Assembly (NCBI GenBank): GCA_049719515.1
Contig: JBNARJ010000003.1
Location: 151,241 to 215,240 of the forward strand
Direction of reading: 5' to 3'
Source of the DNA: Candidatus Saccharicenans sp.
GTDB taxonomy: Bacteria > Acidobacteriota > Aminicenantia > Aminicenantales > Saccharicenantaceae
Length of the DNA: 64,000 nucleotides
Position 1 is the first letter of the stretch. The number at the start of each line of letters is the position of its first letter. The translations under genes were made by a program, and so were the position numbers. Below, piece by piece: positions 20,208-29,354 of the stretch. Under the pieces are notes generated by a model. It was given only the letters and a program-made list of their open reading frames with translations, was not told where the DNA came from and searched no databases.

Positions 20208-22343
20208 ATGGACTTCAAACCTGGCCAATTAAAAAGACAATTTTTAGCGGTTTTAATATTGCTTGTTTCTTTTCTCACGACTTTTTCTCTGCTCGAGGCG
20301 CAGAATTTTCTTTCCGGCCTTGAAGAAAAACAAAACTACCGGAGCAAAAGAATTTCTTCTTACGACCCAACTGGCGGAAATCGCGATGCTCTGACCATTG
20401 CTCCGGGTCAGACGGCCCTGCTGGCCGAAATAAAAGGGCCGGCCGCCATCCACCATATGTGGATGACCGTCGCGGGAGAACCATTCTACGGCCGAAAGCT
20501 GGTTCTTCGGATTTACTGGGATGGGGAGGATTCTCCCTCGGTGGAAGCCCCTCTCGGTGATTTCTTTGGTGTGGGACACGGTCTTAACCGCAACCTGATT
20601 TCCCTGCCGATTGTACGTTCCTCAGAGGGCCGTGCTCTGAACTGTTACTGGTACATGCCTTTCCGCTGGTCAGCCAGGATAACCATAACCAATGAGGGAA
20701 CCCGGCCGGTGGGTTCTTTTTATTATCATATCGACTACCGCGAGCTTGATGATTTACCGCCCGATGCTCTTTATTTTCACGCCCAGTACCGCCAGGAAAT
20801 GCCCTGCGAGCCAGGCCGCAACTACCTGATTCTCGAGGCCGTCGGCCGCGGACATTATGCGGGCTGTAACCTGAGTGTCCTTCAGCAGTCCATCGGCTGG
20901 TGGGGCGAGGGAGATGATATGATTTTCATTGATGGTGAAGAGACTCCTTCCCTGCACGGTACCGGCAGTGAAGACTATTTTTCTGATGCCTGGGGCATGA
21001 GGGAAGGACAGTACCTTTACTACGGCTGTCCGCTTCAGGAAGAAGACTTTCAGATGGGCGCCAAGGCGACCGTTTTCCGTTTTCATCTGCCCGACCCGAT
21101 TACTTTTTTTAAATCAATCCGGGTAACCATTGAACACGGACACGCCAACGACCGTTCGGACTATTACAGCTCGGTGGCTTACTGGTACCAGACCGAACCG
21201 CACAAACCATTTCCACCCCTGCCGGCGGTGGACAGACGTCTGCCCTATGCCCTTGAAACACCTGACAATTTCGTCCAGCCGGGCTGGATAAAGGTTGAAA
21301 ACGAACAGGGCGAAGAAATTGTTTTCCTGGACCGGGTTAATAACGTAAAACTTTCAGGCCAACAGTTGAGCTATTTGCTCACTCCTTTTTATGACCAGAA
21401 TGGACAGAGGTATCCGGTGATCAACACGGAAAACGCTTCCCCGGGCACCAGACTGAAGCTGAAAGTTAAGGCCGGCTGGCGGGATGTCTACGACCTGCAA
21501 ATCTACTACCTTAAAGGCCCGGCGGCCGGCAACTGGTCTGTCTTCCAGGAAAAACCGGCTCCGGCCGAAGCCAGAGGGGAAGGCCAAAACTCAGAAACCG
21601 AACAGAAGCAGGCCGATGGCCAGGGACAGGTTCAGGAGAAACCTTCTGACGTTAAGCCTGCCCCTGAACTTATCAACCTCGGCCTTATAAACGGCTTTGC
21701 CCCGGAAATGATGATTGATTCGGTAAAAATCAAGAGCCTTGAACTCTCAACTGAAGAAACTGAACTTATCCTGGAAGCAACCGGAAAAGATTCCCGGTCT
21801 TCCGGCTTTAACCTCGGCCTGGTGGCCGTCAGCCCTGTGCCGGGCCAGCAAAATTATGCTCTTGACTGGTATGTGATCGGTCCGTTTGAAGCCCCAGACA
21901 TGAGTTATCTATCAGTGCCATATCCGCCTGAACAGGAACTGGCCCTCAACAAGAGCTATCCGGGTAAAAACGGTCAGCAGGTCACCTGGAAGCAAGTCAA
22001 AGCCAGTTCATCGGGCTATGTGCCCCTCAACCAACTTCTCCAACCTAATGAAAAGGCAGTAGCTTATGGATTAACCTATCTTTATTCTCCAGAAGAACGA
22101 GAGGCTTTGCTTCTTTTGGGAAGCGACGACGGGGTAAAGCTGTGGGTAAACGACGCCCTGGTTCATACCAACCCGGCTTACCGCGGTGCCTATCCTGACC
22201 AGGATAAAGTAAAGGTTCACCTGCAGGCTGGCTGGAATAAAATTCTGGTCAAGGTTTTGCAGGGTGCCGGCGGCTGGGGATACTACCTCAGGATTCCAGA
22301 CCCGGGGAAAGAATATCGGTGGAGCATTAAGCCAACCAAATAA
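20208..22343 (+). CDS. Glycoside hydrolase family 172 (DUF2961) protein with a C-terminal beta-sandwich extension
   Basis: Signal peptide, a DUF2961 core (RISSYDPTGGNRD...HHMWM...), a Q/E-rich linker, then about 250 aa of lectin/PA14-like sequence (GSDDGVKLWVNDALV). Confidence 0.8.
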   Translation: MDFKPGQLKRQFLAVLILLVSFLTTFSLLEAQNFLSGLEEKQNYRSKRISSYDPTGGNRDALTIAPGQTALLAEIKGPAAIHHMWMTVAGEPFYGRKLVLRIYWDGEDSPSVEAPLGDFFGVGHGLNRNLISLPIVRSSEGRALNCYWYMPFRWSARITITNEGTRPVGSFYYHIDYRELDDLPPDALYFHAQYRQEMPCEPGRNYLILEAVGRGHYAGCNLSVLQQSIGWWGEGDDMIFIDGEETPSLHGTGSEDYFSDAWGMREGQYLYYGCPLQEEDFQMGAKATVFRFHLPDPITFFKSIRVTIEHGHANDRSDYYSSVAYWYQTEPHKPFPPLPAVDRRLPYALETPDNFVQPGWIKVENEQGEEIVFLDRVNNVKLSGQQLSYLLTPFYDQNGQRYPVINTENASPGTRLKLKVKAGWRDVYDLQIYYLKGPAAGNWSVFQEKPAPAEARGEGQNSETEQKQADGQGQVQEKPSDVKPAPELINLGLINGFAPEMMIDSVKIKSLELSTEETELILEATGKDSRSSGFNLGLVAVSPVPGQQNYALDWYVIGPFEAPDMSYLSVPYPPEQELALNKSYPGKNGQQVTWKQVKASSSGYVPLNQLLQPNEKAVAYGLTYLYSPEEREALLLLGSDDGVKLWVNDALVHTNPAYRGAYPDQDKVKVHLQAGWNKILVKVLQGAGGWGYYLRIPDPGKEYRWSIKPTK

Positions 22344-22349
22344 ATAATT

Positions 22350-23759
22350 TTATTTTAAAACTTCATCAGCTTTGGCCTTGATTATTTCAAGCGCCTGGCG
22401 CACATGCCGTTCTTCAGTTGTGCGCTGCCCAACAACCAGCCGCAAAGTATATTTTCCGTTTAAAGTGGTATGCGTCAGGAATACCCGGCCAGTACTGTTT
22501 ATGGCTTCGAGCAACCTCTGGTTAAGCGCATTAAGTTCTTCTTCCGGCCGTCCGTCATTGAGCCGGAAGCAGACCAGGCTGAAATAAACGGGGGCCAGGA
22601 TTTCAAACCTCCGGTCCTGTTTGAGTTCATCACGGAAAAGCTCGGCTAAATGTATGTGCCTGCGGATAATTTTCTTGATCCCTTCCACGCCGTAATCGCG
22701 GATGACAAACCAAAGCTTGAGGGCGCGGAAGCGGCGGCCGAGCTGAATCCCCCAGTCTCGAAAGTTCTTCACCACGGCATCCACTCCGGTCTTCAGGTAC
22801 TCGGGATGGATTTCAAAAGTCCTGGTTAATTGCCGCGCATCCCGGACAAAAAAGGCTGAACAATCAAAATTGGTCAACATCCATTTGTGCGGGTTAAAAA
22901 CCAGAGAATCGGCATATTCCACACCTTCCAGAACCCAGCGCTTTTCAGGCAGAATGGCCGCTGTGCCGGCATAGGCCGCATCCACATGCAACCATACCCC
23001 GTATTTGCGGCAAATTTCACCGATGGGCTTCAAAGGGTCCACCGCACCGGAGGAGGTGGTGCCGACGGTGGCCACCACACAGGCCGGCCGATAACCGGCT
23101 CTTAAATCTGCCTCTATGGCCTTTTCCAGCTCCCCGGGTATCATGGCAAATTCATCATCCACCGGGATGTAGACCAGGTTTTTCTTTCCGAAACCGGCAA
23201 TTTTCGCCCCCTTTTCCACGCTTGAATGGGCCTCGCGGGAAGCATAAACCCGAAGAACTCCGGAAAATCCTTGCTCGTTGACCGTTTGTCCGGTGGCTTT
23301 CTCCCTGGCGGCCAGAAGCGCGCAGAGAGTTGCGGTGGAAGCGGTGTCCTGGATAACGCCTGCATAGCCATCCGGCAGCCCGATCATCTGGCGCAGCCAA
23401 TCCATGACCACTTCTTCCAGCTCAGTGGCTGAAGGAGAAGTCTGCCAGACCATGCCCTGGATGCCCAACCCGGCCGAAAGCAGCTCTCCAAGTATCGAAG
23501 CCGGGCTGTTATTGGAGGGGAAATAGGCAAACCAGCCGGGGTGCTGCCAGTGGGTCAGGCCGGGCACGATGATTTTTTCAAAATCTTCCATTATCCGGTC
23601 GAGGCCCTCCGGGTGAAGAGGTGGAGAAGCAGGAAGCTGTGATTTTATTTCGCCGGGCTTAACGGTTGATTTTACCGGGTAATTTTCCACTTTTTCCAAA
23701 TAATCTGCTATCCAATCAATCAACTGGTAGCCATATTTTCGAAATTCTTCCTTTTTCAT
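22350..23759 (-). CDS. Pyridoxal-dependent (group II) amino-acid decarboxylase
   Basis: Aromatic-L-amino-acid/tyrosine decarboxylase family with the NPHKWMLTNFDCSAFFVRD PLP-lysine region. GGAGG RBS. Confidence 0.88.
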   Translation of the reverse strand: MKKEEFRKYGYQLIDWIADYLEKVENYPVKSTVKPGEIKSQLPASPPLHPEGLDRIMEDFEKIIVPGLTHWQHPGWFAYFPSNNSPASILGELLSAGLGIQGMVWQTSPSATELEEVVMDWLRQMIGLPDGYAGVIQDTASTATLCALLAAREKATGQTVNEQGFSGVLRVYASREAHSSVEKGAKIAGFGKKNLVYIPVDDEFAMIPGELEKAIEADLRAGYRPACVVATVGTTSSGAVDPLKPIGEICRKYGVWLHVDAAYAGTAAILPEKRWVLEGVEYADSLVFNPHKWMLTNFDCSAFFVRDARQLTRTFEIHPEYLKTGVDAVVKNFRDWGIQLGRRFRALKLWFVIRDYGVEGIKKIIRRHIHLAELFRDELKQDRRFEILAPVYFSLVCFRLNDGRPEEELNALNQRLLEAINSTGRVFLTHTTLNGKYTLRLVVGQRTTEERHVRQALEIIKAKADEVLK

Positions 23760-23968
23760 GGTTCATTCCTCCAATTTTCAGGGCCGATTTATAAGATTTT
23801 AAGCCCTTTTATGGCCATTTTGAGCTCCAACGTAAGAATTCTAACACCAGAGGCTGCTATTTTTAAAGCATTTTTGCTCAAAATTGAACCATAAGCTGCT
23901 TTTTAGTGAGTCATTTATTCACCCTGGGTTGATTTTTTCCGTAATATTCAAAAAAAAGATGATTTTCC

Positions 23969-23997
23969 TTGACTTCATAAAATTAATATGGTATAAT
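23969..23997 (+). promoter_or_regulatory. Near-consensus sigma70 promoter (TTGACT-17-TATAAT)
   Basis: -35 TTGACT at 23969-23974, an exact 17 nt spacer, and -10 TATAAT at 23992-23997. No plus-strand CDS lies downstream. Confidence 0.55.
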
Positions 23998-24004
23998 TAT
24001 AAAT

Positions 24005-24239
24005 GTAGTTGGCGAGAGGGAAAAATAAATTTAATCAAGAATTCGGTTGCTTGTATTTTGGTATTTTCTTAAAATTCCTGAAAATTTTCTCAAAACAGAA
24101 ACCAATTTCTTTTTAGGCAGTTAATAATATTGGAAAAGAAAAAAGGTTTCTGGCATGTTTAAACTAAAAGGCCTCCTTCCTTAATCCTCCTTTCTTTGCC
24201 CTTCACCTCAGGCCCTGCTTTCCCCGGCAGGGCTTTTTT
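24005..24239 (+). ncRNA. Candidate small non-coding RNA (promoter-to-terminator unit, about 235 nt)
   Basis: It is bounded by the consensus promoter and the intrinsic terminator. The largest ORF inside is 9 codons. The 3' half is a pyrimidine-rich tract carrying two CCUCC motifs (aggCCUCCuuccuuaauCCUCCuuucuuugccc). Confidence 0.4.
24211..24239 (+). terminator. Rho-independent terminator
   Basis: GGCCCUGC-uuucccc-GGCAGGGC (8 bp GC-rich stem) followed by UUUUUU. Confidence 0.65.
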
Positions 24240-24484
24240 CGGCTGATCGGGATTATTCGTGGATACCTATGGAATTTATTTCTACGGACGTGGAAAGCCG
24301 AGCTTAAATATTAGATGGCCTGCTCCATCAGTTGTAATCCATAGATTTTTATCAAATTAACCGGTTATCCAATCATCGCCAGCCTCAGTTTACCAGGGCA
24401 TATCTATCTGTAGAAAATGTTATTTTCTAAAACCTCTTTGTAGTCTTTTTGATTTTCTGGCTGGCAAAAAATTACAAACCCTTT

Positions 24485-25828
24485 TCAGGCAGAAGTCTTT
24501 TCAATTTTTTCTTTTCTGTAATAGTAGACGTAAATTGATTCCATAAGCGCGCCGGCGGTTACCAGCCCGAGAAGGAAAACGGGCAAATTCAGCGCCAGAA
24601 GCCCGAACACTAAGGTAGCAAAGAAATCACGGCGCAGGGCAAAAGCCAGTTTGGCCGCCAGGCGGTCGGCCAGAGAAACGTCTTTTTTGCTCTGCCCCTG
24701 AGCTTCCACCTGCTTGGCCACCAAATATATTTTGTTCCCGATTCCGGCCTTTTTGGTCAGGTGGTAAAGGTTAAAATAATACCAGCTGACCGAACCTAAA
24801 AAGAGGCCAAGCATCCATAAAAAAATTGAGTTTCCTGTGTTCCGGTATAAGCCAATGGCCAGAGCGCTGAAAAATAAAATATAAGTCAGGGCGTCAAAAA
24901 TTACATCAAGCAGCCCGCCCTTTTCTGAAGTCTGGTAAGTCAGCCTGGCCACTTCACCATCGCAGCCGTCGAAAATGCTGGAAAACTCAAAAAGAAACCC
25001 GCCGGCTAAAAAATGCCAGTAATTCTTACCGGAAGCGCAAAAAGCGGCGGCGGATATGCCAATCAGAAAATTAATCAGGGAAAGCAGGCTTGGTTTTACC
25101 CGAAGCGGAGCCAGGAAACGCGTGAAAAATAAAGACACCCGACGGTTAAAATGGCGGGCGATAAAACCATCCTGCGGTTTTCTGGCGCTGGCCAGTAACA
25201 TTTTTATGGCTTTTTTCCTGGCCTCGGGTGAGTTAATCTTTATTAACCAGCCAGATAGCAGCCTGACAATTTCGGCCGAGCGGTGTTCGATGAGCCAGGC
25301 CGTCAGCTTTTCTTCATCTGGCTGACCGTGGCCATTTTCCCAGGCTTCCGTTAAAACTGGCCAGACATCTGACGGGCAAAAGGCCAGGTCCAAACCGGAT
25401 GGCCTCTGGTTGGCTGGTTGTGTTTCATCTGCGGTAAAAATCAGCGGCCGGTTTGTATCTGATTTTGTCTCTTTAATAAAGTCAAAGACCTTTTCCGAAA
25501 GAACCAGGTCACCGGAAAGCAGCCAGAACCCTCGTTCAGAGATTATCGGGTTGAGGGGGCTGATATTTTCATCATTCTTGCCACAAGCTGGCGTAAGATA
25601 TGTCAGCTTAATCCCACGCGCTTCAATTCTTTTTTCACTCGCCACTGACTGAACAAGCTCTTCTTCTCGGGTATCACCCTGCGCGAGCAGGATAATATTT
25701 TTTAAACCGGCCTGAGCAGCCACCAGCACGAGTCTCATGATAACCGACAAACCGAGTATTTCAACGCGGGAATGGTCTTTTAAAATGATAACAGCCGTGC
25801 TACTCAATGGCTTCACTTCTCCTTTCAT
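24485..25828 (-). CDS. CDP-alcohol phosphatidyltransferase family protein with an N-terminal nucleotidyltransferase-like domain (IPCT/DIPPS-like architecture)
   Basis: The C-terminal membrane domain matches the CDP-OH-P-transferase signature D-G-x2-A-R-x8-G-x3-D-x3-D exactly (DGCDGEVARLTYQTSEKGGLLDVIFD). An N-terminal soluble domain of about 230 aa resembles a MobA/NTP-transferase fold but lacks a canonical Gly-rich loop. Confidence 0.8.
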   Translation of the reverse strand: MKGEVKPLSSTAVIILKDHSRVEILGLSVIMRLVLVAAQAGLKNIILLAQGDTREEELVQSVASEKRIEARGIKLTYLTPACGKNDENISPLNPIISERGFWLLSGDLVLSEKVFDFIKETKSDTNRPLIFTADETQPANQRPSGLDLAFCPSDVWPVLTEAWENGHGQPDEEKLTAWLIEHRSAEIVRLLSGWLIKINSPEARKKAIKMLLASARKPQDGFIARHFNRRVSLFFTRFLAPLRVKPSLLSLINFLIGISAAAFCASGKNYWHFLAGGFLFEFSSIFDGCDGEVARLTYQTSEKGGLLDVIFDALTYILFFSALAIGLYRNTGNSIFLWMLGLFLGSVSWYYFNLYHLTKKAGIGNKIYLVAKQVEAQGQSKKDVSLADRLAAKLAFALRRDFFATLVFGLLALNLPVFLLGLVTAGALMESIYVYYYRKEKIEKTSA

Positions 25829-26823
25829 CGTTCAGATTTTATTTTCACCCTGCCTATCAAAACAATCAATAAAGTCAGGGCGGCAAAACAAAGCTTTCGA
25901 GCCCGGCGCACCAGACCAATGCTCAGCCCGGCGGCCGCCGGATAGCCAACCGTCATGGCGGCCAGCAGATTGGCACCCTCGGCTGCCCCCCACTGGCCGG
26001 GAATGATAAAAAAGGCGGTGTTGATAACCACCACAAAGGCTGAAATAAAAAGCACCTTGATCAAATCTACAGGAAGACCAAGAGCTTTAATGATAACCAG
26101 AACTTCCAGCGCCCCCAGAAGCCGGGCCATCACGTGCAGGGTCAAAGCCAGGATAAGTTTGGCCGGAGAATGTTTGAACAGAAGGCGCATGTTAGCATCA
26201 AGAGCTTTTATCATATCCTCTTTTTCCAAAAACCATTTTTCCAGCCTCGGTGATAAATGGCTTAATTTGGCAAAAACTTTGTGTGTTCCACGGAATTGCA
26301 GGGCAAAAAGAGCCACCACCCCGACAATGGTAACCGAAAGAACCACCAGAGAAGAAATTTTCATTCCTTCCGGGATTTTAAGATAGATTAAAGAAATCAA
26401 AAGACTGCCCGCCAGGTAGATAAAAGAAGCAGCGTATTCAATGGTCTTGTCAAATACCACTCCAGGAATACCTTCATGCAGAGGAGAATGCTTTTTGATG
26501 ATGACCGCCCGGGCGGCCTCCCCGCCAAAATTGGCTGTCGGGAGCAGGGTGTTAAAGCCATCCGCCAGAATCTTGGCCCTAAATAAGGCCAGCAGCGGCA
26601 CTCTCTGAAAAGCCCCCTGAATGATTGACCAGGCCAATGCCTGAAGAAAAAGCCAGCCGAAGGCAATCAGACAGCAGACAGCAAACCACCAGCCCACCCG
26701 AGAAAGGTTGCCCAGGGTCTCCTGAAGGCCAACCCTGTAAATCAGCAGGGCAAAAAGCAGCAGGCCAAGAAAAATGGATATTAATTGAAGCCTATTCTTC
26801 TTATGTCTATCCATTCTGTTCAT
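25825..26823 (-). CDS. Flippase-like UPF0104 membrane protein (lysyl-PG-synthase TM-domain family)
   Basis: 332 aa with 8 predicted TM helices. Its stop overlaps the downstream start by 4 nt. Confidence 0.75.
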   Translation of the reverse strand: MNRMDRHKKNRLQLISIFLGLLLFALLIYRVGLQETLGNLSRVGWWFAVCCLIAFGWLFLQALAWSIIQGAFQRVPLLALFRAKILADGFNTLLPTANFGGEAARAVIIKKHSPLHEGIPGVVFDKTIEYAASFIYLAGSLLISLIYLKIPEGMKISSLVVLSVTIVGVVALFALQFRGTHKVFAKLSHLSPRLEKWFLEKEDMIKALDANMRLLFKHSPAKLILALTLHVMARLLGALEVLVIIKALGLPVDLIKVLFISAFVVVINTAFFIIPGQWGAAEGANLLAAMTVGYPAAAGLSIGLVRRARKLCFAALTLLIVLIGRVKIKSER

Positions 26824-27128
26824 CCACTGCGGCTTATTTGAATATTATCTCCAACCGGCTTACTTTTTTTTACTCTATCTTTAATACCTTTAGCTTTCAA
26901 GCAGGCACAGTTCAGAAACCTATTAATAAAAAGCAATCATTAACAACCGTAACTTTTTTCAGCATTCTACCAGATGTCCTCCAGCCTCGAAAATAAAGCC
27001 TGATCTCTTTTTTCCTCAACTCCCGGGCCGTATCTTCTGCCGCGAAAAGCGCCCGTATGTTCCAGGCATTAAAATTATCTCTGCCTGCCTTTTCATCTTC
27101 CGGCCCGAAAAATCCTTTTTCCCTCAGC

Positions 27129-28811
27129 TTAAATATTTAATTTAAGCCCGAGGTAGAAACGCTTTTCATGCTGGGTGTCTTCAAAGTCATGAATTATGCC
27201 CCACCTTTTAACCCATTCTAACCTGGATTCAACAGCTAAGCCTGTCCCTTTAATCCTATACTGCACCCCCAGCCCGTAATGCCATCTTGAATCCCTTAAA
27301 GGGGAATCGTCAAGCAGGTCATTTTGAAAACGGTCACGCCCCTGAATAGAATAATAATAAAAATAATTCAAAAACGCCTGAAAACGGAGCGGGTCATATG
27401 CCAGCTCGACCAGGCTTTTTAAAGCTGGTCCGAAAGCGTAATAATAGCCATAATACTGGAGCGTTGTCTTCATCCCCCGGATGTCATGGTCAACCGAATA
27501 TTTATTCAGCGGAAGAGAATTTATCAGGCCGAAGCTCAGATAACCTTCACCCCGAAAATGGAACTGCCACGGCCGGGCAAAATAAGCATAATCAAAAACA
27601 GGTCCCAGGATATGGGCAGCTCCCAATTTATCCCGAAAATCGCGCGGCAGCTCAAAATGGAAATCCTCCGTCTGGTCTATTGAAACTTTTCCGGCGTCAT
27701 AATCCGTAACCGGCCTTTTTATGTAAACTTCAAGCGAAGACCCCAGCCCAACAAAATAGCTGTACCCCCGGTGCTCATCGGAAATGTCTTGGGCAAACCA
27801 GCCGAAAGGTACTATCTTGGCCAGCAGATTAAACTCCTCTCTTTCCCGCCCGTGATACATCATCTCCAAATCAAGCTGGCTGAAGACAGGCCGGTTAAAT
27901 TTTTCTCTTATTTTTCCCGGAATTCCATATTCCTCCCTGGTGATAATCCTGGAATTAAAACTTACATCCAGATTACCAACCCCCTGGCTGCTGCTTGAGG
28001 TGGGCGAATGCCGATAGCCCAGGAAGAAAAACACATCCTGAACCTTCGGGTTGTAAGCATGAAAGTAAGGCGGCACAGCTCGTTTTCGGTCAAACCAGCC
28101 GTTAATCTTCATAAAAGGATTAAACCAGGAAAGCAACCGGACATAGCGATTGGGTGAATTAGTTAAATATTGCCCCAGCTGAAACCAGGCTTCCCCGATG
28201 GGAATGCCTCCCAGGCCGGTCATGATATTGTCATTGGTGGAAATAACCTCCCGCCACTCGACAAAAAATTCCCAGCCCAGAGAACCGCCGATTGAATAAA
28301 GAGCTGACTGCCACCAGTCGAGGTTGTTACTCCTGGCAAATTCGTAATAAATCATTCCGGCTAACGAATGCCGCCAGTTGAGCCCAAAGTCATTCGAGTC
28401 AAACCGCTGTGCTTCAAAGGTAAAAAACCGCCTCTTCTGGTCATGCCAGGTAAACTGATATTGCCAGTCCTCAATGAATTTGCTGTATTTTATGTTGTAA
28501 TTTATTCCCGAGTAAGCAAAAAGGCCAAAAAACTCTAAAAAAGCTCTCCATCTGTGCTGCGGTGGCTGGCTTATCTTTTGGAACTTTGCCGGGTCCGTGA
28601 TAAACGGACCGTCAGCAAAGGGAGAGCCGAGGGAAAAATTCAGGCCGGTCAAGGCCCTGCCAACTGGTTGTTGCTTGAGTGCCGACAGGCGGAGAGAAAA
28701 ATTGGCGATAAAAGAATCAATTTCAGCCGGCTTTTCCTTTTTCTGGTCGGCATACACATTCAAGGCGAGGAATAGCGCCAGCAAGGTGATTAAAATAAGC
28801 GTTTTTCTCAT
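27129..28811 (-). CDS. Secreted or outer-membrane Trp/Tyr-rich protein of unknown function
   Basis: Signal peptide (MRKTLILITLLALFLALNVYA) and a high aromatic content with alternating patterns that suggest a beta-rich fold. ATG 28811 is preferred over TTG 28829. Confidence 0.6.
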   Translation of the reverse strand: MRKTLILITLLALFLALNVYADQKKEKPAEIDSFIANFSLRLSALKQQPVGRALTGLNFSLGSPFADGPFITDPAKFQKISQPPQHRWRAFLEFFGLFAYSGINYNIKYSKFIEDWQYQFTWHDQKRRFFTFEAQRFDSNDFGLNWRHSLAGMIYYEFARSNNLDWWQSALYSIGGSLGWEFFVEWREVISTNDNIMTGLGGIPIGEAWFQLGQYLTNSPNRYVRLLSWFNPFMKINGWFDRKRAVPPYFHAYNPKVQDVFFFLGYRHSPTSSSSQGVGNLDVSFNSRIITREEYGIPGKIREKFNRPVFSQLDLEMMYHGREREEFNLLAKIVPFGWFAQDISDEHRGYSYFVGLGSSLEVYIKRPVTDYDAGKVSIDQTEDFHFELPRDFRDKLGAAHILGPVFDYAYFARPWQFHFRGEGYLSFGLINSLPLNKYSVDHDIRGMKTTLQYYGYYYAFGPALKSLVELAYDPLRFQAFLNYFYYYSIQGRDRFQNDLLDDSPLRDSRWHYGLGVQYRIKGTGLAVESRLEWVKRWGIIHDFEDTQHEKRFYLGLKLNI

Positions 28812-29111
28812 TTTCGTGCTTTTTATCAATAAAATTATACAACTTTATGCTTTTATTTTTATGTTTTTATCGTAATTTCCCCATAATTAGTCTGTAAATA
28901 TTAATACTCATTTCGCCCTCTGTCAAAGGGACGGGTCAATTTTGTTTTTGAAAGATCACCGGCTGGCCTCCTGAAAAATTCCGGGTTACGCCCCAGGGAA
29001 AATACAGACGGGAGAAACCGGGCTTCTTCCTCATTTATCTTTTATCTTTTTAACTTAACATTTTTGTTTATTAACTTTTTAATTCGGTTGACTCGGAGAA
29101 AAGATATGATA

Positions 29112-29275
29112 AACTTATGCTCCAGGGTTTAAGCAGGGAAGTCCGTGCGAAACGGACACAGCCCCCGCTACTGTAATCGGCGACAAATCCCTGAAAAAGC
29201 CACTGCCGGTGACGGTGGGAAGGCCAGGGAGGAGGAAGACCCGAGAGTCAGGATACCTGCCTTAGACCTGCTGGC
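29112..29275 (+). promoter_or_regulatory. Cobalamin (AdoCbl) riboswitch
   Basis: Contains ...GCUCCAGGG...AGCAGGGAAG...GCCCCCGCUACUGUAAUCGG...GCCACUG...GGGAAGGCC...AGUCAGGAUACCUGCC (B12 box). It lies in the 5' leader of the TonB-dependent receptor gene. Confidence 0.85.
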
Positions 29276-29354
29276 CCATCTTTTCTTCGGGCGGAAGAGA
29301 AGATGAAATGTCTGGCCACAAAAACTTCAAAAAAGCGGGGGGAAAGGAGTAAAC

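Noticed and set aside
24485-25828. Calling the fusion protein a bona fide IPCT/DIPPS (di-myo-inositol phosphate synthase)
   Set aside because: The domain architecture matches, but the N-terminal domain lacks the canonical Gly-rich nucleotidyltransferase loop. Only the generic family assignment is kept.
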